A stretch of DNA of 61,682 nt, filler included, from Dimargaris cristalligena (lineage: Eukaryota): NCBI GenBank assembly GCA_003614675.1. It is 7 parts of 7 records of this genome, joined end to end, with 100 filler letters (N's around TTAATTAATTAA, not from the genome) between each part and the next. Parts side by side here need not be neighbours in the genome. Positions count along the whole stretch, not along the records: positions 53,011 to 61,682 come from ML003314.1; 6 more parts are not named here. One strand, 5' to 3'. Numbering within the stretch: position 1 is the first letter of the stretch; each line of letters starts with the position of its first letter. The notes under the pieces were generated by a model. The model did not search any database, had not been told where the DNA came from, and was given only the letters and a program-made list of their open reading frames with translations. The translations under genes and the position numbers were made by a program. This document shows, piece after piece, positions 58,890 through 61,682 of this stretch.

Positions 58890-61682
58890 TTGGCTAATGA
58901 AAAAGGAATCTAATTGATCGAGGTGGTTGGCCCGGTCTCACGTTGCTGGACATTTCTAAATATTCACTGTGTCCCCCCGCTGGCCTTTTTTTTATACAAT
59001 TCTTGGTGATTCGCGGTTCCTTCTTACATCAACTTTACTTTCCTTTACTTTCGGTCTTTTCGTTGCGCTTTTCTTTAATTTCGTATTTATATATCTGTTA
59101 TTTATACCATGCATCCCCCCCGTATCACTACTGCTTTGATTGATTCATTATTTTATATTACATTCCACCAGCTACGTCAATGATGGCTCATGTGCTAATC
59201 TAAACGCTCCTTGATTATAAACTATACTCCACCTTACTCATGTTGACGTTGCCAATGATAGATATATGGGTGCGGCATAAATACAAGTTAGTGTATTTGG
59301 GGGGTCATATACCCAGAAATTGCAGTTCTATAGTTCCGTCTGGTGGGCCATAGTTGATGGTTAATGGTGCAAATCACATTCCCTCCAGCTTTTGATCTGA
59401 TCAGTCTATATTGAGTACGCTATCATTCAGTTAACACCAATTTAATCGACTTCTTATAACCGATACTTCGACATACCATTACTCCTTTACCGTTGAAATA
59501 TTTCCGGCGATTTATTCAGCCATACTGCATTTGGCTATTAACCCTTTCTTATAAATTACCAGTGCCGCTATTGTAGTCATTCCCTATATAAAAAAGACGT
59601 GGGGAGTCCGTAAAGAAAAGAGGTTTGTCGGTTATTTAGAGAAGAAACCTATTCCAATAGTAATAGGTTTGCTAATATTTTCAGGACGCCTCAATATGTT
59701 CGCCTTTCCCCACTCTACGCCTACGATCACCATTGGGGTGGTGTCTGCGTGAGAGAATACGGAAGCCCGAATAATATATATTGCCGGGATGCAGCCCGAT
59801 GGGAAATGCCCTTCAAATGAAATACCTTCCATGAAGGCTCGTGGTGACTAATCAGGTAAAGATCTCACACTGACTGCACCCTGTTCCGGCGGACACACTT
59901 ATAGCATATCCCCAGTTCAAGTCGTGTCCTATAAGCTATCTCTGAGTAATAGCTTTCGTTTTTTAGTATTAATATTATCTAGTATGGTTTAATACTGTTT
60001 CTTTTAGCGGATAGGTATATTAATACAGACGTATCGACATATCAGGCCAATAAACCAAATTTGGTCTACATGGTAGGGTCCATAAAAACGAGTAATCGAA
60101 TATATTGGTATTGGATGGATTATCAGGGTTGAACGGATTTGGCCCCATTTGCTAATGGCAGATGAAACATCGACAAGCCCCGGCGAACTTGGATTGGGGA
60201 GCGCGTTTCTCAGAATTAACATTCTATTTTTAGTATCAGGCGGAAAAGGGCGAAATAATGACCAGCCAACCCGGACTCTTTCATCCTCCAGATTACAGTG
60301 AACCAATGCCAGTGTAGTCTCAGACTATCCCAACCTGTTCAAGTGAGGAAACACAAGTTCCTTATGATAGGTGGACTTGTGGAACTGCCCAACTTGCGGA
60401 ATTGGGTCCCAATATATTACATCAGCTACACACCCCCATGTGCTACAAGTGCATCAGCTCTGGTTTTTGTAGTTTTCTTAGGAGCAACCACCTAAAGGAC
60501 ATTGCCCAAAAGGAAGCACTGTCTTCCATTTGGTTAGCAATAAGTATGGTAACCCCTCCCCCAATAGTAGTTCATAAAATGGCTATTGATAAATAGTGAT
60601 GGTGCTACTGAGAAAAATGAACTCGAATCATCTTGAATCCCTTGACACTGTTTCCTCTATTTCACCCATTTATCTCTTATACTCTTGGTCATATTACTGC
60701 ACTTGCTATTTTCTTCTGTCAACTCAAAGAATGAGCCACCCCTCCGTCCCTTCCTTACTGCCATATATCTAGCATGAGGGTCACTACCAATTTCTGCTTA
60801 TTCACCACCAGCCTGATTCTTGTCCGGAATACCAATGCAACTTTACATGAGGAAGTTGGTAACTCTCAAGAATTGACTAGTGTTGGGCCGGTGATTTGAG
60901 GAACCCCTCTCCCGGGACTAAGGCTGGAGCTGAGCCCCGCGCTATGCTCGGGATTGGATGGGTCACCGGACGTCGGGTTTGGAGGGCTCGAGGAACCTAG
61001 GTGGAACATACCGAATTCGGGTAGCGGTCCTTGGCAATACGGATGGGATCGGAGCTGTACTCGGAACCGGTACTGGGGTACAGCGGAATTAATTCCAGGT
61101 TGATGGATCCTATGCTCCCGTTGTCGGAGTTCGGACGATCCACGATGGCAGAGCTTAACAGAATGGTCGAAGGTAAAACAATATAAGATAACTAGTAAAA
61201 AGTGAAATCTTGACCTCCGGTTGAGATCTTCGATAACTGCTGAGGTAACACGCTGAGTGAAGTTAAAAGTAGATATTTATTCTGAATAATAAAAACTTAT
61301 CTCCAAGATAACTTGCCATTTTAAAGGCCGACTTGGTACTACATATTTATAGCAACGTGTAGATGTGAACGTAAGCTCATACTAAGACTTTCGAACATTG
61401 TCCGCAGATAAACTAACCACCATAAAACCGCGAAGGGAAAAACTGGCGGGGTCTTCAAATTCAAACAATAGCCAAAAGGAGAAGGAAAGAAAAATAACAA
61501 AAGTTGGAAGACAAAAGATGTCTTCAGATCTTCCAACGTTCTCGTGTGAACAGTATATATATATATGTACGTGGAAGCCTTGAGTTCCACTCATAGGTCT
61601 CGGAGTGCTCAATCCATGGAAGTGGAGTTATTCACTTTTACCGTCCAGGAAGCGGAAAGGAACTCGTTTTCGGACGAGGATT

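Overview
This window is not one locus. It is seven unrelated eukaryotic contigs of about 8.7 kb (1-8786, 8887-17646, 17747-26522, 26623-35347, 35448-44134, 44235-52910, 53011-61682), joined by artificial 100-nt spacers (44 N + TTAATTAATTAA + 44 N). Gene content and GT-AG introns point to an early-diverging fungus; a Zoopagomycota-like, possibly amplified single-cell assembly is my unverified inference. Recognisable genes are an ABCB transporter C-terminus, MED23, a NMA111 fragment, a TRP3-like N-terminus, intron-containing tRNA-Tyr(GTA), KBL/GCAT, a GST, a DUF2358-like protein, AFG2, a small HSP, a delta-12 desaturase, a decayed peroxisomal ABCD transporter, SUV3, a second Cdc48-family AAA ATPase and a large F-box/LRR protein. 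A degenerate DIRS retrotransposon with an intact 3' end is also present. The most notable observations are: (1) an intact, divergent ~830-aa 'mini-Not1' ending right after its CAF1-binding region; (2) five AP-1/Yap-type sites phased at 10 bp before the GST TATA box; (3) all inferred introns are 194-242 nt; (4) CpG-specific decay in repeats and pseudogenes; (5) a Cys/His-rich sHSP; (6) two exactly 55-bp inverted contig-end duplications that look like amplification/assembly chimeras. All family assignments are from motif recognition by eye; no searches were run.
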